Of a DNA stretch of 52,080 bases, positions 8,949-16,956 are shown in pieces (the first letter of the stretch is position 1; each line of letters starts with the position of its first letter). The translations under genes and the position numbers were made by a program. The notes beneath the pieces were generated by a model, which had not been told where the DNA came from, made no database searches, and saw nothing but the letters and a program-made list of their open reading frames with translations. This stretch comes from a virus (lineage: Duplodnaviria; Caudoviricetes): positions 1 to 52,080 of IMG/VR virus record IMGVR_UViG_3300048599_000785. One strand, written 5' to 3'.

Positions 8949-8983
8949 AGACAACAACATTCTGTTGTCTTCGACAGCAAATC
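8949..8983. promoter_or_regulatory. OR-like operator between cI and cro
   Basis: Dyad AGACAACA-acattc-TGTTGTCT (8949-8970) plus GACAGCAAATC (8973-8983), the reverse complement of 7542-7552. Confidence 0.75.
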
Positions 8984-9023
8984 AGTTCCCCCTGCAAGCG
9001 AAACGATTCGGGAGACCGGCCTC

Positions 9024-9317
9024 ATGCCCGCCGATGGCGACGTGAAAGAGCCTATCGCCCGGCCCGCGCTCGCGCTGTGGCTGTGGCGGCGAAACTACAA
9101 CTGGCGCGAGGCCGGCGAGCTGTTCGGCGTCAGCCACGAGACGGTTCGGTGCTGGTGCCTGCCGTTCGACCACCCTGACCGCCGGATCCCAGAAAAGGAC
9201 TCGATGGAGGTGGTGGTCGAGCTGACGGGCGGCGAAGTGGCCGCGGGCAGCTTCTACCCGCCGCACCGGATCGGCGCCCCGGCCGCGGCCGACCGGGTGC
9301 CGGAGGACGTGCAGTGA
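9024..9317 (+). CDS. Cro-like HTH protein
   Basis: Divergent from cI; WREAGELFGVSHETVRCW..RRIP..LTGGEVAAGSF pattern. Confidence 0.8.
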   Translation: MPADGDVKEPIARPALALWLWRRNYNWREAGELFGVSHETVRCWCLPFDHPDRRIPEKDSMEVVVELTGGEVAAGSFYPPHRIGAPAAADRVPEDVQ

Positions 9318-9517
9318 CGCCGGTCCGCGCGCTCCGAAACGCCGTCGCCGTGGCGCTCGCTCCCCTGGTCGCAGCCTTCGGCGGCGCCCGCCGTCCCCAG
9401 GGGGTGTGCGTCTACGTGGTTCATCACGCGTCCGCCGCCGCCGGCGTCCATGGCTCGGCCAGCGTCGCCGGCGGCGCGGGCGGCTGCGCCGGCCGCGTGC
9501 CGGAGGACGTGCAGTGA
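9297..9517 (+). repeat. 21-bp direct repeat GTGCCGGAGGACGTGCAGTGA at 9297-9317 and 9497-9517
   Basis: Exact copies 200 bp apart, each ending an ORF (RVPEDVQ*). Confidence 0.9.
9314..9517 (+). CDS. Small hypothetical protein
   Basis: GTGA overlap and GGAGG RBS. Confidence 0.45.
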   Translation: MTPVRALRNAVAVALAPLVAAFGGARRPQGVCVYVVHHASAAAGVHGSASVAGGAGGCAGRVPEDVQ

Positions 9518-9699
9518 GCGCCCGGCCGCCCGTAGCGCCCAACGCGCGCCGCGTCCGGATCGCCCTGGGCATGCCACCCTTCCCCCCTCGCGCGCCGGCG
9601 GATGACCACGGCGCTGCGGGTCCCGCCGGGCCGGGCGACCGTCCCTCACCCCGGCCCGGCGGCGATCCCGACATTCTGCGGCGGGGGCGCGCCCTCTGA
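9514..9699 (+). CDS. Small hypothetical protein
   Basis: GTGA overlap, GGAGG RBS, TGATG coupling to next gene. Confidence 0.4.
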   Translation: MSARPPVAPNARRVRIALGMPPFPPRAPADDHGAAGPAGPGDRPSPRPGGDPDILRRGRAL

Positions 9700-10037
9700 T
9701 GCGCACCATCCAGCCCACGCCGGAGGACCTGAAGGTCTGGCGGCGCCTGATCGAGACGGCCCAGCGGGCGGCGGCCGCGCCGCGGCGCGCCACGCCCGAG
9801 CTGGCGGCGGCGGTGGAGCGGTCGCGCAAGGCGGTGGTGTTCGACCCGCCGGCGACAAAGGCGAGCCTCGCCGTCCGCCTGTTCAACCGGTCGCGCCAGT
9901 TCCTGGCCCAGACCGCCCGCGGCCGCGAGGAGATGGCGGCCGAGCTGGGCGCGCTGGCGGCCGAATGCGCCGCGCGCCTGGAGGGAGCGGCCGCCGCGCC
10001 GCCGGCCCGGCGCTTCCGCGCGGATCTGGACGGCTGA
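9699..10037 (+). CDS. Hypothetical protein
   Basis: Strong GC3 codon bias. Confidence 0.7.
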   Translation: MRTIQPTPEDLKVWRRLIETAQRAAAAPRRATPELAAAVERSRKAVVFDPPATKASLAVRLFNRSRQFLAQTARGREEMAAELGALAAECAARLEGAAAAPPARRFRADLDG

Positions 10038-10057
10038 CCACAGGCAGGGAGGGACGA

Positions 10058-10969
10058 ATGCGACCGATCGACATTTCAGGCTTCAAGGCGCCGGCCGCCT
10101 CGCCCGACGCCGGCGCGGCGCCCATGCTGCAATGGATCAAGATCGCCGAGATGGTGGTCGACGACGCCTACCAGCGGCCCATCTACGGCGCCGGCCGGTC
10201 CAACGTGGCCCGGATCGCCGAGGGCTTCTGCTGGTCCAAGTTCGCGCCCGTGATCGTCGCGCCGGTGCCCGGCGGACAGTTCGCCATCATCGACGGCCAG
10301 CACCGCACGACCGCGGCCGCCCTGCTCGGCATTGAGAGCGTGCCCTGCCAGGTCGTGGTCGCCAGCCCGGTGGAGCAGGCGGCCGCCTTCAAGGCGATCA
10401 ACGGGCAGGTCACGCGGATCCACAGCCTGGCGCTGCAGCACGCCGCCGTCGCCGCCGGGGATCCGGCCGCGGTGGAGGTGCAGGAGGTCGCCCGGGCGGC
10501 GGGTGTGGAGATCCTGCGCTACCCGCGCGTGGTGGAGCGGCTGGAGCCGGGCCAGACCCTGGCGTTGGGCTCCATCGCTCAGGCGCTGCGGACCTATGGC
10601 CGTGACGTCGTGATCACCGCCCTGACCTGCGTGACTGAGACCGCCAACCATCGGCCCGGGGCGCTCAGCGCTGCGATCATCAAGGCGCTGGTCGCGCTGG
10701 TGGGGGGCAACGCCGAGTGGCGGGAGCTGGGCGAGCCCTTGCTGCGGGCCTTCGACGAGATCGACCTCGAGCACGAGATGGACGAGGCGATGGTCACCCG
10801 CCGGGCCAAGGGCGTGGCGGCTTGGGAGGTGCTGGCGGACCGACTGAAGGCGCGGGTGGCCCAGGAGCTAGCGCGGGCAGCGCTTGACACGACGGCGCGG
10901 CCACTTTCCCTCCTCGGGTCGGGTCGGGTCGGGTCGGGTCGGGTACGGCGTGAGGCGCGCCATGTCTGA
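10058..10969 (+). CDS. ParB/Srx-fold protein with DGQHR motif (DUF6551-like)
   Basis: VDDAYQR..FAPVIVAP..IIDGQHRTTAAALLG; GGAGG RBS. Confidence 0.85.
   Translation: MRPIDISGFKAPAASPDAGAAPMLQWIKIAEMVVDDAYQRPIYGAGRSNVARIAEGFCWSKFAPVIVAPVPGGQFAIIDGQHRTTAAALLGIESVPCQVVVASPVEQAAAFKAINGQVTRIHSLALQHAAVAAGDPAAVEVQEVARAAGVEILRYPRVVERLEPGQTLALGSIAQALRTYGRDVVITALTCVTETANHRPGALSAAIIKALVALVGGNAEWRELGEPLLRAFDEIDLEHEMDEAMVTRRAKGVAAWEVLADRLKARVAQELARAALDTTARPLSLLGSGRVGSGRVRREARHV
10914..10943 (+). repeat. Simple sequence repeat (TCGGG)6
   Basis: Six perfect pentamers at the 3' end of the DGQHR gene. Confidence 0.95.
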
Positions 10970-11014
10970 CCTGAGAGAGCGCGAAGCCATGGGTCGCCGG
11001 CTGGCGAGGGCGGC

Positions 11015-11442
11015 ATGAACCGCGCCGACCTCGACGATCTGCAGACCCTGCGCCGCGCCCGCATGGAGCCGGCCTCCATCGCCCTGGTGATGGGGCGGAG
11101 CAAGACATGGGTCGTCCGGGCGCTTGAAGCGCTGGACGCCCTCGATGCGCTCGCCACTGAGGCCCCCGCCCCCGTGGCGGTCGCGGCGCCGGCGGCGGTT
11201 GACCCGCCGCCGCTGGCGCGCTCCCTCTCCGGCCCGGCCCGGCCCGGCCCGGCACTGCACGTCGCCGCCCCCATGTCCCGCCCTCCCCGACTGAGGCGCG
11301 CGAGATCCGGCCGGTGTCGGCGCGGGTGCGGCGGTGGTGCGGCTGGTTCCTCGCCGCCCGCTGGCCGCTGGACGAGGTCGCGGCGCTGTTCGACCTGCAT
11401 CCGGCGGATCTCGCGGCAGCCGTGGGGCGCGCCCATGACTGA
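11015..11442 (+). CDS. HTH protein whose reading frame is shifted by a (CCGGC)5 tract
   Basis: N-terminal HTH-like part; alternative-frame C-terminus WPLDEVAALFDLHPADLAAAVGRAHD* restored by loss of one repeat unit. Confidence 0.6.
11229..11253 (+). repeat. Simple sequence repeat (CCGGC)5
   Basis: Five perfect pentamers. Confidence 0.9.
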
Positions 11443-11695
11443 GTCCGGGCGGCCGTGGACCACGGAGGGGCTGGCCGCGCTCTACACCCTGGCGGCCAGC
11501 AATGCGGACCTGCCGGCGATCGGCCAGGCCCTGGGGCGGACGCGGGCGGAGGTCGACCTGGCGCTGTGGGCCTTGGTGGGCCGGTCGGTCCCCGACGCGG
11601 TGGCGCGTCTGAACGCCGGCCGGCGGGCGACGCCGGCGGCGGCCGGCCGGATGAGCCGGTTCCTGCGCCGCATGTTCCCGGAGGACGGCCGATGA
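11435..11695 (+). CDS. GcrA/Myb-like HTH protein
   Basis: RPWTTEGLAALYTL..IGQALGRTRAEV resembles the GcrA N-terminal pattern. Confidence 0.6.
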   Translation: MTESGRPWTTEGLAALYTLAASNADLPAIGQALGRTRAEVDLALWALVGRSVPDAVARLNAGRRATPAAAGRMSRFLRRMFPEDGR

Positions 11696-12156
11696 TCCGC
11701 GACCCCCGCGACATCGAGATCGAACGGCTGCGCCGGCGGGTGGCCGAGCTCGAGGAAGAGCTGGCGGCCCACGAGGGGGCGGCGCGCGACGACCGCCACG
11801 CGTTCGCCGAGGCCGCCCGCCTGGTGCGGTGCCGGGACGCCATGCGGGCGCTGCCGGCGGCCCACAGCCGCGCCTTCACCCTCACCCATGCGCGGGTGCT
11901 GCTGGCCCTGGTGGACCGGCCCGGCCACGTCTTCAGCCGGGACGCCCTGTTCGAGGTGCTGGGCTGCGACGAGGAGGTGCAGACCAAGATCGTCGACGTG
12001 CGCATGAGCGCAGTGCGCGCGGCGCTCGCGGCCTTCGGGCTGCACCGGTCGATCGAGACCATCTGGGGCGTCGGCTACCAGCTGAACGCCGATTACGCCG
12101 GGCCCATCAAACGGATCTGGGGCGAGGGCGGCGACGCCCAGGCAGGCACGGCATGA
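11692..12156 (+). CDS. Coiled coil + OmpR/CtrA-type winged-helix DNA-binding domain, no receiver domain
   Basis: PGHVFSRDALF..KIVDVRMSAVR..IETIWGVGY. Confidence 0.85.
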   Translation: MIRDPRDIEIERLRRRVAELEEELAAHEGAARDDRHAFAEAARLVRCRDAMRALPAAHSRAFTLTHARVLLALVDRPGHVFSRDALFEVLGCDEEVQTKIVDVRMSAVRAALAAFGLHRSIETIWGVGYQLNADYAGPIKRIWGEGGDAQAGTA

Positions 12157-12923
12157 GCCGGCTGAAACCAGAGGGCGCCGGCGCGGTGATGGCCGACCGG
12201 GCGCGGGGCGAGGTCGAGGGGGATACCCCCGAGGAAGCCCTGTGGCGCAAGCTCAACTTCTTCCCCACGCCGCCGTGGGCGGCGCGCGCCGGCGGCGAAT
12301 TGATCCGGCGGCTGGACCCTCACGGCGGCAGCTGCTGGGAGCCGGCCTGCGGCCAGGGCCATATGGCGCTCGGGCTGTTCAGCATCTTCAAGGATGGCGT
12401 GCTCTGCACCGACATCCACGACTTCGGGGCCGGGCCGACCTGCGACTTTCTCGGCCAGGAGGCGGACGACTGGGGTCACGTCGATTGGGTCGTCACCAAC
12501 CCGCCCTTCGAGACGGCGGCGCAGTTCGTCCAGCTGGGGCTGCAGCGGGCGCGTCGGGGCGTGGCGATGCTCTGCCGCAGCGCCTGGCTCGACTCCCATG
12601 GCCGTTACCCCCTGTTCTACGGGCCGGAGCCATTGTCCGTGCACGCGCCCTTCTTTGAGCGCGTGACCATGACGCTCGGCGGCCGGCCGACCAAGAAGGG
12701 CGGCGGGACCGCCACCGCCTACAGCTGGTTCGTCTGGGTGAAGCCGGAGACCGACCTGCCGATCGTGGCGGCGGTCGATCGGCTGCGCGCCGAGTTCGGC
12801 GATAGCAACATCACCCTGCCGATCGGCGTGGGGACCAAGGCGAGGCTGAGCCGTGCCGACGACCTGCAGCGGTTGAAGCGCGGACTAGCGCTCGCGCCCC
12901 TGTTCGACGGGGGTGCGGAATGA
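12153..12923 (+). CDS. DNA N6-adenine methyltransferase
   Basis: FFPTPPW, WEPACGQG (motif I), VTNPPF (motif IV). Confidence 0.88.
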   Translation: MSRLKPEGAGAVMADRARGEVEGDTPEEALWRKLNFFPTPPWAARAGGELIRRLDPHGGSCWEPACGQGHMALGLFSIFKDGVLCTDIHDFGAGPTCDFLGQEADDWGHVDWVVTNPPFETAAQFVQLGLQRARRGVAMLCRSAWLDSHGRYPLFYGPEPLSVHAPFFERVTMTLGGRPTKKGGGTATAYSWFVWVKPETDLPIVAAVDRLRAEFGDSNITLPIGVGTKARLSRADDLQRLKRGLALAPLFDGGAE

Positions 12924-13162
12924 GCGGCCTGGCGCTCATCGCCTGCGGCGACCGGCAGTGGCGGACGGATGACGGCTGGCAGGTCTCGGCCTGGCGGGGC
13001 GGGACGTCCGGCAAGTGGCTGGCGCGGGTCAAGCCGCCGGGCGGGATGGCGACCGTCGTGGCCGGCTGGACCGAGCTGCCGCAGCTGCTGGCCGAGGTCG
13101 AGATGGAGATCGTCTCCCGTCGCGCGGCAGCGAGCGATGCAGCTGCGGGAGGCGCGGCATGA
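12920..13162 (+). CDS. Hypothetical protein
   Basis: ATGA coupling at both ends. Confidence 0.6.
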   Translation: MSGLALIACGDRQWRTDDGWQVSAWRGGTSGKWLARVKPPGGMATVVAGWTELPQLLAEVEMEIVSRRAAASDAAAGGAA

Positions 13163-13512
13163 CCGACTTCCCCCCGTCCAGCGTCTGCCCCAACGGTGTT
13201 TGTTTCTGCCCCTGGTGCGAGGCGTCCCTCGAAGAGGTGACGATCCGGCTCGAGGATCTCGCCCTCGCGCACGCCGGTGATCGCCTGCAGCGCGAGCCTG
13301 ATCGGGACAGCCTTGGCCAGCCGATGGAGGAGGACGCCCTGGTTGCGGCGTGCAACGTGTGCGGTCGCCCGTTCGTGATCGGCCTCCCCTGGAAGTTCCT
13401 CGGGCATCATCGGCCCGTCCTGCTTCGGCCCGTCCTGCTTCGGCCCGTCCGCACGTCGGCGGACGTCCGCTACCTGACCCGCGGCGAGCCGGATCCGGAG
13501 CAGGCGCGATGA
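13159..13512 (+). CDS. Zn-ribbon protein
   Basis: CPWC and CNVC pairs; contains a 15-bp tandem duplication at about 13410-13450. Confidence 0.65.
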   Translation: MTDFPPSSVCPNGVCFCPWCEASLEEVTIRLEDLALAHAGDRLQREPDRDSLGQPMEEDALVAACNVCGRPFVIGLPWKFLGHHRPVLLRPVLLRPVRTSADVRYLTRGEPDPEQAR

Positions 13513-13886
13513 CCCGCCCCGCGCGCATCCACGTCAATCCGGGGCGCTTCCTGCGGCACGTTCCGCCCGGCGTCGTATACGTCGGCCCCGGCTCGGCTTG
13601 GGCGAACCCCTACCGCCTCGACGACAACCACAAGCCTTACAGCGGCCTTCCGTGGGGGTCGCGGGAACGCAAGCTGGCGTGGGTCGAGCACTACCGGCGC
13701 ATGGCCGAACAGGGCTTCGTCACCGTCCCCTACACGCGGGTCGACTACCCGGATGGTCGGACCAGCTTTGGCGCGCATCGGCCCCAGCAGGTGGCCCATG
13801 AGCTGAAGGGCAAGGTGCTCGCCTGCACCTGCGGCGCGGACCAGCCTTGCCACGCCGACCTGCTGATCGAGTGGGCGAACCCGTGA
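13509..13886 (+). CDS. DUF4326-domain protein
   Basis: VYVGPGSAWANPY..LKGKVLACTC..PCHADLL. Confidence 0.85.
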   Translation: MTRPARIHVNPGRFLRHVPPGVVYVGPGSAWANPYRLDDNHKPYSGLPWGSRERKLAWVEHYRRMAEQGFVTVPYTRVDYPDGRTSFGAHRPQQVAHELKGKVLACTCGADQPCHADLLIEWANP

Positions 13887-15070
13887 CCGCCCCGCCCATC
13901 GACAACGGCGAGCTGTTCGCCCGGGCGCGCGAGGCGGACCTGGAGGCCGTCGCCGGCGTGCGGCTGTTCAAGGCCGGGCGGCGGATGCGAGGGGAATGCC
14001 CCCTGTGCGGCGCGTCCAAGGGGAAGAAGGCGGACGGGGCCTTTTCGGCCGACCTGCACGCCGGGGTGTGGAAGTGCTGGGCCTGCGACAAGGGCGGGGA
14101 CGTGATCGACCTCGAGCACGCCCTGCGCGGCCGTTCGGGGGAGACGCTGCGGGACGCGGCGCTGCGGCTGGCCGGACTCGAGGGGCAGGCGGGGGCGTCG
14201 CCGCGGCCGGCCCGGCCGGCCCCCGTGCGCGCGCCGCTCGCACCGCCGCCGCCGCCGTCCGAGATCCCCGGCCGGCTGTGGCGCGAGGCCGTGCCGGCCA
14301 AGGGCACGCCGGTGCAGCGCTACCTGCTGGCGCGGGGGATCCGCGGGCCGGTGCTGATGCAGGCGGTGCGCCGGCTGCGGTTCCACCCGGCGGCCTTCCA
14401 CAGCGTGGACGACGACACCCGGCGGGCCGTGCGCGCGCCGGCGATGCTGGCCGTGGTGGTCGCGCCCTCGGGGCCGACCGGCGGCGTGCATGCGACCTAT
14501 CTGAAGGCGGACGGGTCCGGCCGGGACAAGCGGCTGGGCAAGAAGATGTGGGGCCCCCAGGCCGACGCCGAGGGCCGGCCGGGCGGGACCTGGCTGCTGG
14601 CCGGGGGCGAGGGGCCCCTAGTGGTGGGCGAGGGCATCGAGACCACCCTCTCGGCCGCCCAGCTCTACGGCCGGCCGTGCTCGGCGGCCGCGGCCCTGTC
14701 TCTCGGCCGGCTGCAGGGCGGGTGGGCCGCGGACCGGTTCGGCCGCTACGACGTGGACATGCCGCGGGCGGACCTGACCGTCCCGGCCTTCACCTGGCCG
14801 CCGCCGGCCCTGCGCGACAACTGGCCCGAGATCCTGATCGCCGTCGACCGCGACATGGCCCCGGTGCGCCGCAAGGTGCGGGGCCTGGGCGGCAAGACGG
14901 TGGAACGGGCGATGTCCGGCGAAGAGCGGGCGGCCGTGTGTGCGGCGCTTGCTGCGCAGCATTGGGCCGCGGCGGGCCATGCCCGGGTGCGGGCGATCGC
15001 ACCGGCGGCCGGTGGTGATTTCAACGATCAGGTGATGGGCGGAAGCGTGGGCGGCGGGGGTAGCGCGTGA
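13883..15070 (+). CDS. Primase (CHC2 Zn finger + Toprim-like)
   Basis: GECPLC..WKCWAC..GGDVIDL; GVHATYL; VGEGIET; AVDRD; GDFND. Confidence 0.88.
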   Translation: MTAPPIDNGELFARAREADLEAVAGVRLFKAGRRMRGECPLCGASKGKKADGAFSADLHAGVWKCWACDKGGDVIDLEHALRGRSGETLRDAALRLAGLEGQAGASPRPARPAPVRAPLAPPPPPSEIPGRLWREAVPAKGTPVQRYLLARGIRGPVLMQAVRRLRFHPAAFHSVDDDTRRAVRAPAMLAVVVAPSGPTGGVHATYLKADGSGRDKRLGKKMWGPQADAEGRPGGTWLLAGGEGPLVVGEGIETTLSAAQLYGRPCSAAAALSLGRLQGGWAADRFGRYDVDMPRADLTVPAFTWPPPALRDNWPEILIAVDRDMAPVRRKVRGLGGKTVERAMSGEERAAVCAALAAQHWAAAGHARVRAIAPAAGGDFNDQVMGGSVGGGGSA

Positions 15071-16662
15071 GTGCGGACGGGTATGCTGCATACGGGGGCG
15101 CGCCGACACCGGAGGAGCTGGCCCGGTTCGACCTCAACGACTACGGCAACGCCCTGCGGCTGATCCGGCTGGCCGGCGGCGCGATCGGCGACGACGGCGA
15201 GGTGGACGCGGCGGACAGCCGGCTGCTGTACCTGCTGGGCGCGGGCTGGATCGCCTTCAACGGCCGGTTCTGGGACCGGAAGAACGGCGAGGACCTGGCC
15301 CGGCGCGCGGCGCACCTGGTGGCGCAGAAGATCCGGTCGGTGGTGGCGGTCATCGTCGCCGAGCGGTCGCTGTCCATGAAGGAGGTGATGAAGTTCGCCG
15401 ACCAGGCGGGGTCCAACGGCTCGACCTCGGCCATGCTGCGCCAGGCGCAGTCGTACCTGACCGTCGAGATCGACGCCTTCGACCGCGACCCCCTGGCGCT
15501 GAACTGCCTGAACGGGGTGGTGCGGTTCGCCCGCGGCGACGACGGGCCGACGGTGAAGTTCCGCAAGGGCCACCACGCGTCCGACCGCATGACCCGGATG
15601 GTCAACGCCAGCTATGACCCCAAGGCGCCGGCGGCCCGATTCCGCGAGGTGGTGGAGTTCGCCCATCCGGCCGAGGAGATGCGCGGCTACCTGCAGCGGG
15701 TGCTGGGCTACATGGCCACCGGCCTGACCGAGGAGCAGAAGTTCTTCGTGTTCCAGGGCAAGGGCGGCGACGGCAAGTCGACCATCGTCAACGCCGTGCG
15801 CGACACGCTGGGGACCTACGCCACCACGGCGGCGGTGGAGACCTTCCTGGACATGGGCCCCAGGCGCGGCTCCGAGGCCAGCCCGGACATCGCGGCGCTG
15901 GCCGGCGACACGCGGATGATTTCGGCCGGGGAACCGCCCAGCGGCTACAAGCTGGCCACCGGGGCGATCAAGCTCTTCACCGGCGGCGGCAAGGTGAAGG
16001 CCCGCGAGCTGCACCGCGACCTGATCGAGTTCGAGCCGATCGGCAAGCCGGTGATCGAGTGCAACCGAAGGCCGCCGATCAACGACACCGACGACGGGGT
16101 GTGGCGGCGCATCAAGATCGTGATGTTCAAGCGCCAGGTTCCGCCGGACCAGGTGGACGGCACGCTGCCGGCGAAGCTGAAGCAGGAGCGGGACGGGATC
16201 CTCAACTGGATCGTGGACGGGGTGCTGGCCTGGATGGCCGAGGGCCTGCGCCAGGACCCGGCCGAGGTGCGCGAGGCGGTGGAGGACTATCGGCGAGGGT
16301 CCAATCCCTTCGCCCAGTGGATCCGCGACCGGCTGGTTTTCGACGCCGCAGCGCGGGTTCGGGCGAGCGATTTGTACAACGATTACAAGACCTGGATGGA
16401 GGAGAACGGCCACGACAAGCCGATGAGCCAGAAGGCCTTCGGCGGGGCGCTGGGCGACCTGCAGATCATCCTGGCGGGCAAGGACGGGCTGGGGAAGCAG
16501 ACCCGCCGCGGCGCGCGGTTGCGGGGGCTGTACGAGCCCGATCCGGGCGACGTCGGGACGGCTGCGCCTCAAGGCCCGACGGGCGCCGGCGGCGGTTTGG
16601 GGGGCGGCGGCCTGGGCGAGCCGGGGGCGTTCGACGCCGACGACGAATGGCCGGTCGGATGA
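15067..16662 (+). CDS. P4-family / D5-like SF3 helicase
   Basis: NCLNG, Walker A GKGGDGKST, DTDDGVWRRI. Confidence 0.92.
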   Translation: MSADGYAAYGGAPTPEELARFDLNDYGNALRLIRLAGGAIGDDGEVDAADSRLLYLLGAGWIAFNGRFWDRKNGEDLARRAAHLVAQKIRSVVAVIVAERSLSMKEVMKFADQAGSNGSTSAMLRQAQSYLTVEIDAFDRDPLALNCLNGVVRFARGDDGPTVKFRKGHHASDRMTRMVNASYDPKAPAARFREVVEFAHPAEEMRGYLQRVLGYMATGLTEEQKFFVFQGKGGDGKSTIVNAVRDTLGTYATTAAVETFLDMGPRRGSEASPDIAALAGDTRMISAGEPPSGYKLATGAIKLFTGGGKVKARELHRDLIEFEPIGKPVIECNRRPPINDTDDGVWRRIKIVMFKRQVPPDQVDGTLPAKLKQERDGILNWIVDGVLAWMAEGLRQDPAEVREAVEDYRRGSNPFAQWIRDRLVFDAAARVRASDLYNDYKTWMEENGHDKPMSQKAFGGALGDLQIILAGKDGLGKQTRRGARLRGLYEPDPGDVGTAAPQGPTGAGGGLGGGGLGEPGAFDADDEWPVG

Positions 16663-16895
16663 CAGACGATCACAGACAGACAGACCTTCGGCCGGCGTGG
16701 TTCAGGGCCGCGCGCGGGCGGGACGGAGGGTGGACCGTCTGTCCGGGGCGGCATGGTCCGGCGGCTAAGTGGTTGGATTGGCTGGGGTTCCGGACCTTAC
16801 AGACGGTCCAGACGATGGCGGCAGGGTTCGGTCCCATGGCGTGCGTGATGCGCGGGTAGGGGCGTCTTTGCGTCAGGCGATCGTCCGTCTGGCGG
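16660..16895. other. Candidate replication origin with CAGAC iterons
   Basis: About 8 CAGAC(G/A) copies in both orientations immediately after the helicase gene. Confidence 0.45.
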
Positions 16896-16956
16896 GGGTG
16901 GTGCGTGCGGTTTTGCGGGGCGTCTTGCGTCCCTTTCGGGTCGGGAGTGGGTTGAA

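Noticed and set aside
7481-9024. CtrA boxes (TTAA-N7-TTAA) in phage promoters
   Set aside because: No full site found by eye here or elsewhere in the window
12153-12923. Restriction-modification system
   Set aside because: Neither methyltransferase has a recognisable adjacent restriction endonuclease; treated as orphan phage MTases
16659-16859. Small ORF MTDDHRQTD after the helicase
   Set aside because: Poor codon bias and built from CAGAC repeats; better explained as a non-coding origin region
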